From an uncultured Rhizobium sp. (GTDB lineage: Bacteria > Pseudomonadota > Alphaproteobacteria > Rickettsiales > UBA1997), in assembly GCA_964444545.1 (NCBI GenBank), contig CAYUHG010000003.1, positions 36,106 through 100,105 of the forward strand: a DNA stretch of 64,000 bases, written 5' to 3'. This document shows, piece after piece, positions 11,087 to 20,247 of the stretch. Made by a program: the position numbers and the translations under genes. How positions within the stretch are numbered: position 1 is the stretch's first letter; each line of letters opens with the position of its first letter. Under the pieces are notes generated by a model that was not told where the DNA came from, searched no databases, and saw only the letters and a program-made list of their open reading frames with translations.

Positions 11087-12574
11087 ATGACAAAAACTAT
11101 TACTGTCGCATATGGCGACGGAATTGGTCCTGAAATTATGGACAGCACTTTGGAAATTTTACGCGAAGCTAAGGCTGACGTAAAATTCAGCATCATCGAA
11201 GTCGGTAAAAAAATTTACGAAAAAGGATTCAATTCAGGTTTAATGCCTTCTGCTTGGGAAGATTTGAACAACACTCGCGTTATCTTAAAAGCACCAATCA
11301 CAACTCCACAAGGCGGCGGTTACAAAAGTTTAAACGTGACCATGCGTAAAAAACTGGGATTGTTTTCTAACGTACGCCCGATCTCATCTTTTCACCCTTT
11401 CGTTGCGACAAAATTTCCGAAAATGGATGTCGTAATTGTGCGCGAAAATGAAGAAGATTTATACGCCGGTATCGAACATCGTCAAACTGATGAAACTTAC
11501 CAATGCTTGAAATTAGTGACTCGCAAAGGCTGTGAAAGAATTATTCGTTATGCTTTTGAATATGCAGTTGCTAACAATCGCAAAAAAGTTAGCTGCTTCT
11601 CGAAAGACAATATTATGAAAATGACTGACGGAATTTTTCATAAAGTTTTTGACGAAATTGCTAAAGAATATCCACAAATTCAAAACGATCACTACATCAT
11701 CGACATTGGAACAGCACGCTTGGCGGCTAAACCAGAAATTTTCGACGTTGTTGTAACAATGAATCTTTACGGAGACATTATTTCTGACGTCGTTGCCGAA
11801 ACTTCTGGTTCAGTTGGTTTGGCAGGATCAGCAAATATTGGTGAAGATTACGCTATGTTTGAAGCAATTCACGGATCAGCGCCAGACATTGCTGGTCAAG
11901 ATATCGCCAATCCAACTGGTTTGATTAACGCTGCGGTGATGATGTTAATTCACATCGGGCAAAATGAAGTAGCAGCAAAAATCAGAAATGCACTTTACAA
12001 AACTATCGAAGATGGCGTTCACACCGCTGATGTTTACAATTCTCAAACTTCAAAAAAGAAAGTTGGAACGAAAGAATTTACTCAAGCTGTAATTGCGAAT
12101 TTGGGTCAAAAACCAAGCCAATTGCCAGTTGCTGATTTTTCGGCTTCAGCGAAAAAAACTGAAATTAAATCTGAGAAAAAAGCTGCAATCAACAGCACAA
12201 AATCTTTGATCGGTTTCGATCTATTTATTGATTGGCAAAAAGATTTCACCGACTTGCTTGCATCTTTGAAGCAAATGGAAAGCGAAAAATTAGAAGTAAA
12301 AATGATCAGCGCTAAAGGCCTACTACTATGGCCTTTGCTTGATCAACACATGATGCCAAATTACAACAAAGGTCTAACAGTTTTGCGCTTCATCGGCAAA
12401 GGAATTACTGGCAAATCGAGCAACGAAATTCTTGATGCAACCAAATCAATTTCGCACCAAGACATCATCGAAATGCTTTCAGTATTGAATGAGAAAAAAT
12501 TTGATTTCGTAAAATACGAAGGTTTGTATCTGTTCGACGGCAAACCTGGATATACTTCGGGACAAGGCGAATAA
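11087..12574 (+). CDS. icd: Isocitrate dehydrogenase, long form with ~140-aa C-terminal extension
   Basis: GDGIGPEI, SLNVTMRKKLGLFSNVRP, NLYGDIISD and HGSAPDIAG are isocitrate/isopropylmalate dehydrogenase motifs. The 495-aa length resembles the long Rickettsia-type Icd, as far as I recall. Confidence 0.9.
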   Translation: MTKTITVAYGDGIGPEIMDSTLEILREAKADVKFSIIEVGKKIYEKGFNSGLMPSAWEDLNNTRVILKAPITTPQGGGYKSLNVTMRKKLGLFSNVRPISSFHPFVATKFPKMDVVIVRENEEDLYAGIEHRQTDETYQCLKLVTRKGCERIIRYAFEYAVANNRKKVSCFSKDNIMKMTDGIFHKVFDEIAKEYPQIQNDHYIIDIGTARLAAKPEIFDVVVTMNLYGDIISDVVAETSGSVGLAGSANIGEDYAMFEAIHGSAPDIAGQDIANPTGLINAAVMMLIHIGQNEVAAKIRNALYKTIEDGVHTADVYNSQTSKKKVGTKEFTQAVIANLGQKPSQLPVADFSASAKKTEIKSEKKAAINSTKSLIGFDLFIDWQKDFTDLLASLKQMESEKLEVKMISAKGLLLWPLLDQHMMPNYNKGLTVLRFIGKGITGKSSNEILDATKSISHQDIIEMLSVLNEKKFDFVKYEGLYLFDGKPGYTSGQGE

Positions 12575-12586
12575 ATTTTATAAAAT

Positions 12587-13855
12587 ATGAGAGAAGAACA
12601 ATTAGACAAAGTGTTTTCGGCAGTTGAAAAAACTATCGGCAGCTCGCAATTTTATTGGCAATCACTGTCACTAATTTTGTGTTTCGTTCTCTCATATTTT
12701 ATTTATCGCATCACCAGAAAAATTCTTCTTCCTAAACTGGTTTCATTTTCGATTAAGAAAAATATCGAACTCGGACGTTTGATCACACGATATTTAACTC
12801 CGCTACTTTACCCAATTTTCGCCATAATTTTTCTCTCGATCGGACTTTCGATTTACGAACAATTTTTTCGCGATCCTATTCTGTTTTCCACCACTCTGCG
12901 TTTGATGATGCTGTTTTTATTTTTGCGATTTTTACGCATCTCATCAAACAGCAATTTCGTTGCCAATGCTGCCGGAATTTTCTTAATGCCGGCTTTAGTT
13001 CTAGACATCTTCGGAATTCTTGACACCACCATCAGCTATCTCGATCAATATGCTTTAAAAATCGGCGCAATCCGCATTTCAATTTATCTCGTCATCAAAG
13101 GTTTCATCGTTTTGATGATTCTATTTTGGTTGGCAAATTTGGTTTTAAGAAAAAGCAAATCTTACATTGAAAACAGCAAAACCATCAACTCCAGCACTAA
13201 AGGAATTTTGAACAAATTCATCGATATCTTGGTTTATTCTTTGGTGCTAGTTGCACTTCTAAAAACTTTCGGTGTTGATATGACTACATTCGCCGTTCTT
13301 GGCGGTGCGATCGGTGTTGGTATCGGATTTGGACTTCAGAAAATCGCTTCTAATTTTATCAGCGGTATCATTTTACTTTTTGAGAAATCGGTGGAAATCG
13401 GTGATATTGTTGAGCTCGATAACGGAAATATCTATGGCACAATCAAACATTTCGGCGGCCGTTACATTTTAGTTGAGGCGACAGATGGCAAAGAAATTAT
13501 GATCCCAAACGAAGATTTCATTACCAGCAAAGTGACGAATTGGACTTATTCTAACAACCGTGCCCGCATTGAAATTACAGTCGGAGTTGCACAAGATTCC
13601 GACTTACAAAAAGTTAAAGAGATTATGATTTCTTGTGCGGAAGAACATCCACGCTGTTTGAAATATCCTGAGATTGAATGTTTTGTAACCGGATTTGGCG
13701 AATATGATACCAAGTTCGTTTTATTCTTCTGGATTAGCGATATTGTTCAAGGAAGAGCCGGCGCCAAAAGTGATGTGATAATAAGCATCCACAAAAAATT
13801 TAAGGAAAACAATATTCGCGTTCCAATTCCGCAAAGAGAAGTTAAGCAGAGTTAA
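12587..13855 (+). CDS. Mechanosensitive ion channel (MscS family)
   Basis: Multiple N-terminal TM helices, then the pore-helix and beta-domain signature GGAIGVGIGFGLQKIASNFISGIILLFEKSVEIGDIVELD. Confidence 0.85.
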   Translation: MREEQLDKVFSAVEKTIGSSQFYWQSLSLILCFVLSYFIYRITRKILLPKLVSFSIKKNIELGRLITRYLTPLLYPIFAIIFLSIGLSIYEQFFRDPILFSTTLRLMMLFLFLRFLRISSNSNFVANAAGIFLMPALVLDIFGILDTTISYLDQYALKIGAIRISIYLVIKGFIVLMILFWLANLVLRKSKSYIENSKTINSSTKGILNKFIDILVYSLVLVALLKTFGVDMTTFAVLGGAIGVGIGFGLQKIASNFISGIILLFEKSVEIGDIVELDNGNIYGTIKHFGGRYILVEATDGKEIMIPNEDFITSKVTNWTYSNNRARIEITVGVAQDSDLQKVKEIMISCAEEHPRCLKYPEIECFVTGFGEYDTKFVLFFWISDIVQGRAGAKSDVIISIHKKFKENNIRVPIPQREVKQS

Positions 13856-13907
13856 AACCAGAAAAGCTGGTTAATGTGAGTTTAAGATCGAGTTTTAGGT
13901 CAATAAA

Positions 13908-14002
13908 CCCCCCACCCCTACGTGGCCACCCCCCTTGATAGGGGTGCTCTGGAGTTTATCTTACACCCCTGTCAAGGGGGGTGGCCACGTAGAGGTCGTG
14001 GG
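13908..14002. repeat. GC-rich long imperfect inverted repeat (hairpin/cruciform element) between convergent genes
   Basis: 13918-13946 pairs with 13964-13992 (29 positions, one mismatch, one G-U), with further partial pairing outward. The loop is 13947-13963. Each arm contains the 8-mer palindrome gtggccac. Composition contrasts strongly with the AT-rich surroundings. Confidence 0.75.
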
Positions 14003-14030
14003 GTTTCTCAAGTAAAATCACTTAGCCTTA

Positions 14031-14852
14031 TTACTTCTGCAAATAACTTCTCAATCCAATTTCCCAATCACCGCAAAGCCCACCATTATCCATCGCCGAA
14101 AATTTCGGGCGTGGCGCTGGACGAGGAAATTCGGCAGTTGTCACCGGTAAAACCTCAACATCGACTCCGGCAAACTCGAAAATCTTTTTAGCAAATTCAA
14201 ACCAGCTTGTCGTACCTTTTCCACAAATCTGATAAGTGCCAAATTGCATATCGCTTTCGATTAGTTTTTTGATGCCATTGGCCAAATCACAAGTCCACGT
14301 CGGACAACCAAACTGATCGTTTACTACTTTTAACTGTTTCTGATTTTTGGCGATATTGAGCATAGTATCGACAAAATTTTTGCCATATTTGCCGTAAAGC
14401 CAACTAGTGCGAACTATGAAATGACGAGTGTTCACAGCTCTAACATTTTCTTCGCCAGCCAATTTCGAAGCTCCGTAAACAGTTTTTGGATTTACCGCAT
14501 CTGAAGGAAAATAAGGCGAAGTTTTTTCACCATCAAAAACGTAATCGGTACTAATAAAAATTATGGGAATATTTTTTTGCGCTGACGCTAAAGCGATATT
14601 TTTCGCACCAATAGAATTAACTGCAAAAGCCAGATCTTGTTCTTTTTCCGCATCATCAACTTTGGTGTAGGCAGCAGCGTTAATTACAAAATCGAAAGTT
14701 TTATCGGAGAAAAATTTTTCTACTTGAGATAGATTTGTGATGTCAAAATCATCCCTTACGGCTTTTATAACTTGATAGCCAGCAGCTGAGAAAATCAGTG
14801 CCGCATCTAAACCAAACATTCCATTTGCGCCGACAAGTAGAATTTTTTTCAT
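14031..14852 (-). CDS. rfbD: dTDP-4-dehydrorhamnose reductase
   Basis: N-terminal Rossmann motif LLVGANGMFG, catalytic YGASK (YxxxK), and the length and order typical of RmlD. Lies directly downstream of rfbC. Confidence 0.85.
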   Translation of the reverse strand: MKKILLVGANGMFGLDAALIFSAAGYQVIKAVRDDFDITNLSQVEKFFSDKTFDFVINAAAYTKVDDAEKEQDLAFAVNSIGAKNIALASAQKNIPIIFISTDYVFDGEKTSPYFPSDAVNPKTVYGASKLAGEENVRAVNTRHFIVRTSWLYGKYGKNFVDTMLNIAKNQKQLKVVNDQFGCPTWTCDLANGIKKLIESDMQFGTYQICGKGTTSWFEFAKKIFEFAGVDVEVLPVTTAEFPRPAPRPKFSAMDNGGLCGDWEIGLRSYLQK

Positions 14853-14856
14853 TTGG

Positions 14857-15405
14857 TTAGAAAGTGTGTTGTAAATCTTTAAACAAAGGCAGAACTAAGT
14901 CTTTAGGTGAAACAGTCGGATTTTTAACTTTCCAATCGATACCAATTTGAGGATCATCAAATTTCAAACCAAATTCACATTTTTGGTCATATTCTTCTGA
15001 AACTTTGTAAACCACTTCAGCAGTTTCCGACAATGTAGAGAAACCATGAGCAAAGCCTGCTGGAACGTACAACATCAAACCATTTTTCGCTGATAAATTA
15101 ATGCCAAAATACTTACCAAAAGTTGGCGAAGATTTTCTTAAATCGACAATACAATCGTAAATTTCACCTTGAATACAGCGTACCAACTTTGCCTGAGCTT
15201 TTGGTGCAACCTGAAAATGCAGCCCACGCACCACACCACGACCCGAAAAAGAGTGATTATCCTGTACAAAATTATCTTCAATTCCACCAGCTTTAAAAGT
15301 AGAATATTTGTAAGTCTCTGAAAAGTAACCACGTTCATCACGAAATTGACGCGGCTCAATAATCACAACACTGGGGAATTGATTTGTTGTAAATTTAAAA
15401 TTCAT
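14857..15405 (-). CDS. rfbC: dTDP-4-dehydrorhamnose 3,5-epimerase
   Basis: RmlC cupin motifs FRDERGYFSE, VRGLHFQ, GFAHGF. Confidence 0.9.
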   Translation of the reverse strand: MNFKFTTNQFPSVVIIEPRQFRDERGYFSETYKYSTFKAGGIEDNFVQDNHSFSGRGVVRGLHFQVAPKAQAKLVRCIQGEIYDCIVDLRKSSPTFGKYFGINLSAKNGLMLYVPAGFAHGFSTLSETAEVVYKVSEEYDQKCEFGLKFDDPQIGIDWKVKNPTVSPKDLVLPLFKDLQHTF

Positions 15406-15477
15406 AATTTGCCAAATTATCTTTAATCAGAAATATTCAAGATAGAACAGTAACTAAAATTCAACCTTACTACAAAA

Positions 15478-16314
15478 ATGCAAAGAAAGAAAGCCTGCAT
15501 TGCAATTCCAGTTTACCAAAAAATTTCAGAACCAAATGAAATTTTTTCACTCAAAAGGAGTTTAGAGATTTTTGCTAACTATACAATAATTTTTGTTTGC
15601 CCTCATTCATTTGATGAATTGCTGCTTTCAGAATATATGAATTTACATTCTAGTATAGCTTTTGAAAAGTTTGCCGACGAAAATTTTATAAGCGTCAAAT
15701 CTTATAGCTCTCTTCTAATCAAATCAGAATTTTACCAGCGTTTTAGTAATTACGAATTTATGCTATTATACCAAACTGATGCTTACGTTTTTTCTGATCA
15801 GCTTGAATATTGGTGTAATAAAGGGATTGATTATATAGGTGCTCCTTGGTTCAAAAAATTTGATACTGAGAATAAATATTATGAATTTATTTCAGTTGCT
15901 GGAAACGGAGGATTTTCTTTACGGAATATAGTGAAAATAAATAAAATAATGAATCACCAAATGAATCTCAGAGATATGTGGAAATTTTTGAGATTAATGA
16001 AAAAAACTCGCTTTCACCCTCATAATTCTTTCACATTTTACTTAAAATTTTTTAGCAAAAAAAGAACGTTCTCCGAGGTTTGCGAATTCATGATAAATAA
16101 CTCTGATTTCACTAATGAAGATTATTTTTTCGCTTTTGTATACCCTCAAATGTTCGATTCTTTTCGTTCAAGCACTGCTCTTGAAGCAATTCCTTTTTCA
16201 TTTGAGACCAAACCAGAATATCTCTATAAGTTGAACGACAATAAATTACCTTTTGGTTGCCACGCCTGGACAAAATATTCACCAGAATTCTGGAAAAAAT
16301 TTATTAATTTCTAA
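15478..16314 (+). CDS. Putative glycosyltransferase-like protein (DUF5672-like)
   Basis: QTDAYVF ... IDYIGAPW ... GNGGFSLRN resembles what I recall of DUF5672 proteins from LPS/capsule loci. Divergent from rfbC. The function is tentative. Confidence 0.45.
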   Translation: MQRKKACIAIPVYQKISEPNEIFSLKRSLEIFANYTIIFVCPHSFDELLLSEYMNLHSSIAFEKFADENFISVKSYSSLLIKSEFYQRFSNYEFMLLYQTDAYVFSDQLEYWCNKGIDYIGAPWFKKFDTENKYYEFISVAGNGGFSLRNIVKINKIMNHQMNLRDMWKFLRLMKKTRFHPHNSFTFYLKFFSKKRTFSEVCEFMINNSDFTNEDYFFAFVYPQMFDSFRSSTALEAIPFSFETKPEYLYKLNDNKLPFGCHAWTKYSPEFWKKFINF

Positions 16315-16317
16315 AAA

Positions 16318-17298
16318 ATGAAACTCGCACCAATCGCTTTTTTTTGCTTTAATCGGGCCGATAAAACCAAACAAGTTCTAGATGAATTAGCTAAAAATGA
16401 TTTAGCTGCGGAGTCAGAAATTTTTATTTTCTGCGATGGTCCTAGAAATCTGAAAGATCTGACAGCTTTAAAAGAAGTCTATAATGTGATTGAGAACGTA
16501 CGCGGATTTAAAAATGTCTACCTTACTAAAAGAGAATTAAATCACGGTGTAAAAGTTTCTATCGTAGATGGCATAAACAAAGTTTTGGAAAACTACGATT
16601 CAATAATTGTTGTTGAAGATGATATTATTACTTCAAAAGACTTTTTAAATTTCACTAACCGCGCTTTAAGTTTTTACGAAAATGAAAAAAATATTTGGTG
16701 TGTCAGCGGTTTTAATTATCCAAAACACCTAATTTCATATCCTAAATCTTACAAAGAAGATGTATTTTTTGTGCGCGGAAAAAATTCATCTTGGGGCTGG
16801 GGAACATGGAAAGATCGTTGGCAAAAAATTGATTTCGAAATTTCTGACTATAACGAATTTGCCAAAAACAAAAACCAAGTTAAAGCCTTTAACCGATCTG
16901 GTAGCAATATGTTCGATATGCTACGTATGCAAAAAGAAAATCGTATCAATACTTGGGATATTCAAATGTCTTATACGATGTTCAAAAATAATGGCTATAC
17001 TGTGCATAGCATAAAACCACTAACTAAGAATATTGGTTTTGATGAAAGCGGGACTCACACCACATCTGAAGCTGATATGGCTAATTTTGAGTTTGAGAAT
17101 TTTTCTAATTTTACGCTGAAAAAATTATCTGAGATAAAGAACAATGAGATCGCTGAAAAATCTTACATAGGATATCACCAAGATCCTTTCTTTCTGATCA
17201 AATGGTCAAGATCAAAAAAGAAAAGGAATAACTTCAAATGGCTTGCTGTTGGAATATTACTTTGCGAAGCCGCACATCTTTTTTTAAAACTTTTATAG
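16318..17298 (+). CDS. GT-A fold glycosyltransferase (GnT-I/GT13- or GT2-like) with C-terminal membrane anchor
   Basis: N-terminal beta-strand IAFFCFNR, DxD-type IIVVEDDIITSKDFLNF, and a hydrophobic tail FKWLAVGILLCEAAHLFLKLL. Starts 4 nt after the previous gene. Confidence 0.5.
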   Translation: MKLAPIAFFCFNRADKTKQVLDELAKNDLAAESEIFIFCDGPRNLKDLTALKEVYNVIENVRGFKNVYLTKRELNHGVKVSIVDGINKVLENYDSIIVVEDDIITSKDFLNFTNRALSFYENEKNIWCVSGFNYPKHLISYPKSYKEDVFFVRGKNSSWGWGTWKDRWQKIDFEISDYNEFAKNKNQVKAFNRSGSNMFDMLRMQKENRINTWDIQMSYTMFKNNGYTVHSIKPLTKNIGFDESGTHTTSEADMANFEFENFSNFTLKKLSEIKNNEIAEKSYIGYHQDPFFLIKWSRSKKKRNNFKWLAVGILLCEAAHLFLKLL

Positions 17299-17309
17299 CT
17301 GATCATGTT

Positions 17310-17355
17310 GTTAAGAATTTGAATCATAACTCAAATTCTTAACGCAATTTTTTTG
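17310..17355. terminator. Rho-independent terminator, probably bidirectional
   Basis: Perfect 13-bp stem gttaagaatttga (17310-17322) / tcaaattcttaac (17331-17343), 8-nt loop, then a T-run at 17348-17355. Lies between the convergent glycosyltransferase and argB genes. Confidence 0.65.
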
Positions 17356-17363
17356 AATGATTT

Positions 17364-18332
17364 CTACAAAATCATTGTGCCGGCACCGCTTTCGGTGAAG
17401 ATTTCCATCAACAAAATATTATCAACTCCGCCATTTAAGATGTGAGCGAAGTCGACTCCAGCCTCAACAGCTGACATGCAAGTTTCAATTTTCGGAATCA
17501 TACCGCCAGTAATAATGCCATCAGCAATCATCTGTCTTGCAGTCGCTGTATTTAAATGGCTAACCAACTCGCCATTTGGCAACATCACACCGTCAATATC
17601 AGAAAGAATCACCAACTTCGCCGCTTGCACTGCAACTGCAATCGCACCAGCTGCTGTATCAGCATTGATGTTGAAAGTTTCACCATTATCACCAACACCA
17701 ATCGGCGCAATTACTGGAATGATGTCAGAATCTTCAAACAAAGCTAAAACTTCTGGATCAACTTTGTATGGCTCACCAACGAAACCAAGATTGAGAATTT
17801 TTTCGATGTTTGAATCAGGATCTTTTTTAGTTCTAGTCAATCTTTTAGCACGGATCAAATTAGCATCTTTACCACACAAACCAATAGCTTTGCCGCCTGC
17901 AGCATTAATTTCTTTCACAATCATTTTGTTAATTGAACCGGCCAAAACCATTTCAACAACATCGACCGTATCAGCATCTGTAATACGCAAACCATCAACG
18001 AAAGAAGATTTAATGTTCAATTTATTCAACATTTGACCGATTTGTGGTCCGCCACCGTGAACTACGATTGGATTGATGCCAATCTGTTTTAGAAGCACGA
18101 TATTTTTAGCAAAATTCTTCAAATTGCTGTCGCCACCCATTGCACTGCCACCAAACTTAATAACCAAAGTTTCGCCAGCGAATTTTGTCATATAAGGTAA
18201 AGCTTCGCAAAGCACTTCCGCTTTTTTCGCCCATTCCTGACGGCTTTTTTCTTTTTGTAGAGAAAGTTTTTCCACCGGAGTAACACCAGCAGAATCTTTA
18301 TTAGGATCGTTGAAATTAATGATATTAGTCAT
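17364..18332 (-). CDS. argB: Acetylglutamate kinase
   Basis: Amino-acid kinase motifs VIKFGGSAM, VVHGGGPQIG, GLRITD, INADTAAGAIA. Has an N-terminal extension of about 30 aa. Confidence 0.9.
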   Translation of the reverse strand: MTNIINFNDPNKDSAGVTPVEKLSLQKEKSRQEWAKKAEVLCEALPYMTKFAGETLVIKFGGSAMGGDSNLKNFAKNIVLLKQIGINPIVVHGGGPQIGQMLNKLNIKSSFVDGLRITDADTVDVVEMVLAGSINKMIVKEINAAGGKAIGLCGKDANLIRAKRLTRTKKDPDSNIEKILNLGFVGEPYKVDPEVLALFEDSDIIPVIAPIGVGDNGETFNINADTAAGAIAVAVQAAKLVILSDIDGVMLPNGELVSHLNTATARQMIADGIITGGMIPKIETCMSAVEAGVDFAHILNGGVDNILLMEIFTESGAGTMIL

Positions 18333-18392
18333 GTCTGATAATATTAGTTAGGGCGTTTTGAAGGGCGCGCAATATGCAACAGAAAAGCTTTT

Positions 18393-19040
18393 TTAATCAA
18401 GCAAGTTTTTCAAAAAATTTTCCAAAGAAACTGTCGATATTTTGGTAAAATTTTCGATCGTTGAAATTGGCGACTGACTTTTGTTTTGCTGACTTGGCAG
18501 AGTTTCATTCACAATAATTTTTTCGATCATCAAACCTCGCGCTTTTACAGCTTCAACCGCTGATAAAGTATGACTAATCGCACCAAGATAATTAGCCGTT
18601 ACCAGCAAAACTGGAATTTTTAACGCATCTGCTAAATCCAAAAAAGTTTTATCATCGTTTAGCGGAGTCATCACGCCTCCAGCTGCTTCAATAAATAGAA
18701 ACTGATCGCTCTGTTTTGCGATAGAAATTTTTTCAACGCAGAAATCTTTTACTTTCTCAAAATCAATTTTAACTCCTAAATTTTGAGCGGCAAAATGTGG
18801 AGAAACCGCTTCTTCGAAACGCCACGGCGAAATTTCATCAAGATTTTTTAGCGCAATTTCTTTGCCCAGAGCCGTTAAAATTTTGGCACTATCACTACTT
18901 TTATCATCATCACGAAATCCACTCGCAATTGGCTTAATTGCTAAAGAATTTGAAATTTTGCGGCACAGATTTTCCACTAAAAAAGTTTTTCCTATGTCCG
19001 TGCCAACTGCAGCGATAAAGTAAATTTTGTACTGAAGCAT
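18393..19040 (-). CDS. bioD: Dethiobiotin synthase-like ATPase
   Basis: P-loop GTDIGKT and IEAAGGVMTPL match BioD motifs (GTDTxxGKT, EGAGG). ATG 19040 lies 2 nt after the upstream gene's stop; the ORF extension to 19100 would overlap that gene. No other bio genes are nearby. Confidence 0.6.
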   Translation of the reverse strand: MLQYKIYFIAAVGTDIGKTFLVENLCRKISNSLAIKPIASGFRDDDKSSDSAKILTALGKEIALKNLDEISPWRFEEAVSPHFAAQNLGVKIDFEKVKDFCVEKISIAKQSDQFLFIEAAGGVMTPLNDDKTFLDLADALKIPVLLVTANYLGAISHTLSAVEAVKARGLMIEKIIVNETLPSQQNKSQSPISTIENFTKISTVSLENFLKNLLD

Positions 19041-19042
19041 CG

Positions 19043-20245
19043 TTATTGAATCTTCGAGAATGTAGCGTAAATCGGACCAAATACCGCAATCGTAATCCAA
19101 CCAATCATGCCACCCATAGTAATTGTGAGTGCTGGCTGAATCATGCCTACCAACTTATCGATCGAGTCATTAATTTCGCGATCATAGAAGAATTTAATAT
19201 TTGAAAGCGCGCTTTCCATGTTACCACTTTCCTCACCGATCTTTAACATTCTGATTACAAGATTGGGAAAATAGTTTACTGAAGCAATTGCCTTAGCCAA
19301 AGATTGACCATCAGAAACCTGTTTTTTTACCGAGATAATCGCATTTTTCATCGCTTTATTCTTTACCACTTCACTAGCAGCATCCAAGCATTCCAGAACA
19401 CCCATACCACTTTTGAAAGTCATAGCAAAGAACTGACAAAATTTCGCCGCATCAATTTTGTTAATGATCGGACCGATAATTGGGAATTTCATTTTATAGT
19501 GATCAATCCTGATCGCAATTTTAGGGTAGCGGCTCAGAATCTTTAAAGTGACCCAAATAGTCGGCCAAGAGAAGACAAGAATGTACCAATAATTTTTCAC
19601 AAAATCTGAAAAGGCAATCAAGGCAATTGTGATAAAAGGTAGGCTCAGATTCTGCGCCATTAGGAATCCGGTAACTTTGGGAATAACAATCGAAGTCATC
19701 ACACCAAGTACAATAAACATAACGAATAACCCAAATAAAGGACCTCTGGTGGCCTTCTTGGTTTTTCTTTTGATTTCCATATTCCATTTCATGTCTTCAA
19801 CAATACTGGAAAAAGCGTCAGATAGGTTACCGGTTTTTTCACCGGCCGCAATCAAACCGATATAAACTTGGCTAAAGACATCTGGATGTTTGGCCAAACT
19901 TTCTGAAAATAAACTACCATTTCTGATCGATTCATAAACTTGAGACATCAAGACTTTAATTTTCGGAGAATCTGATGTATCCTTTAAGTCCTGAATAGAA
20001 TCCAGAATCGATACACCGGCACGATCCAGCTGCTCAAGCTGTACGAAGGCAACAATCAAATCACGCGTTTTTACTTTATCGAAAAAAAATCCTCCGACTT
20101 TTTTTTGTCTTTCTTGCTTGAATGAAATTAATTCCTGACCAGATAACTTAAGAGTATTAGCCAAATCATACTGATTTTCCGCCGCGATTCTTCCTTTAAT
20201 GTAGCGACCGCTAGCATCAATCGCTTTAAAGCTGTAATTGGCCAT
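19043..20245 (-). CDS. Type II secretion system F / type IV pilus PilC family inner-membrane platform protein
   Basis: 400 aa, a duplicated GspF-type domain with three TM segments, and N-terminal YSFKAIDASGRYIKGRIAA typical of the family. Confidence 0.8.
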   Translation of the reverse strand: MANYSFKAIDASGRYIKGRIAAENQYDLANTLKLSGQELISFKQERQKKVGGFFFDKVKTRDLIVAFVQLEQLDRAGVSILDSIQDLKDTSDSPKIKVLMSQVYESIRNGSLFSESLAKHPDVFSQVYIGLIAAGEKTGNLSDAFSSIVEDMKWNMEIKRKTKKATRGPLFGLFVMFIVLGVMTSIVIPKVTGFLMAQNLSLPFITIALIAFSDFVKNYWYILVFSWPTIWVTLKILSRYPKIAIRIDHYKMKFPIIGPIINKIDAAKFCQFFAMTFKSGMGVLECLDAASEVVKNKAMKNAIISVKKQVSDGQSLAKAIASVNYFPNLVIRMLKIGEESGNMESALSNIKFFYDREINDSIDKLVGMIQPALTITMGGMIGWITIAVFGPIYATFSKIQ

Positions 20246-20247
20246 TC

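Noticed and set aside
13922-14191. 89-aa ORF (MATPLDRGALEFILHPCQGGWPRRGRG...) on the + strand
   Set aside because: Its first half is just the translated GC-rich inverted repeat and its second half is antisense to rfbD. It has a GTG start and no ribosome-binding context, so it is an artefact.
17476-18036. 186-aa ORF antisense to argB, plus similar antisense ORFs in lnt, hisF, folC, pilC-like and the kinases
   Set aside because: Each is fully nested in a gene with strong family motifs on the other strand. None shows a recognisable motif or start context.
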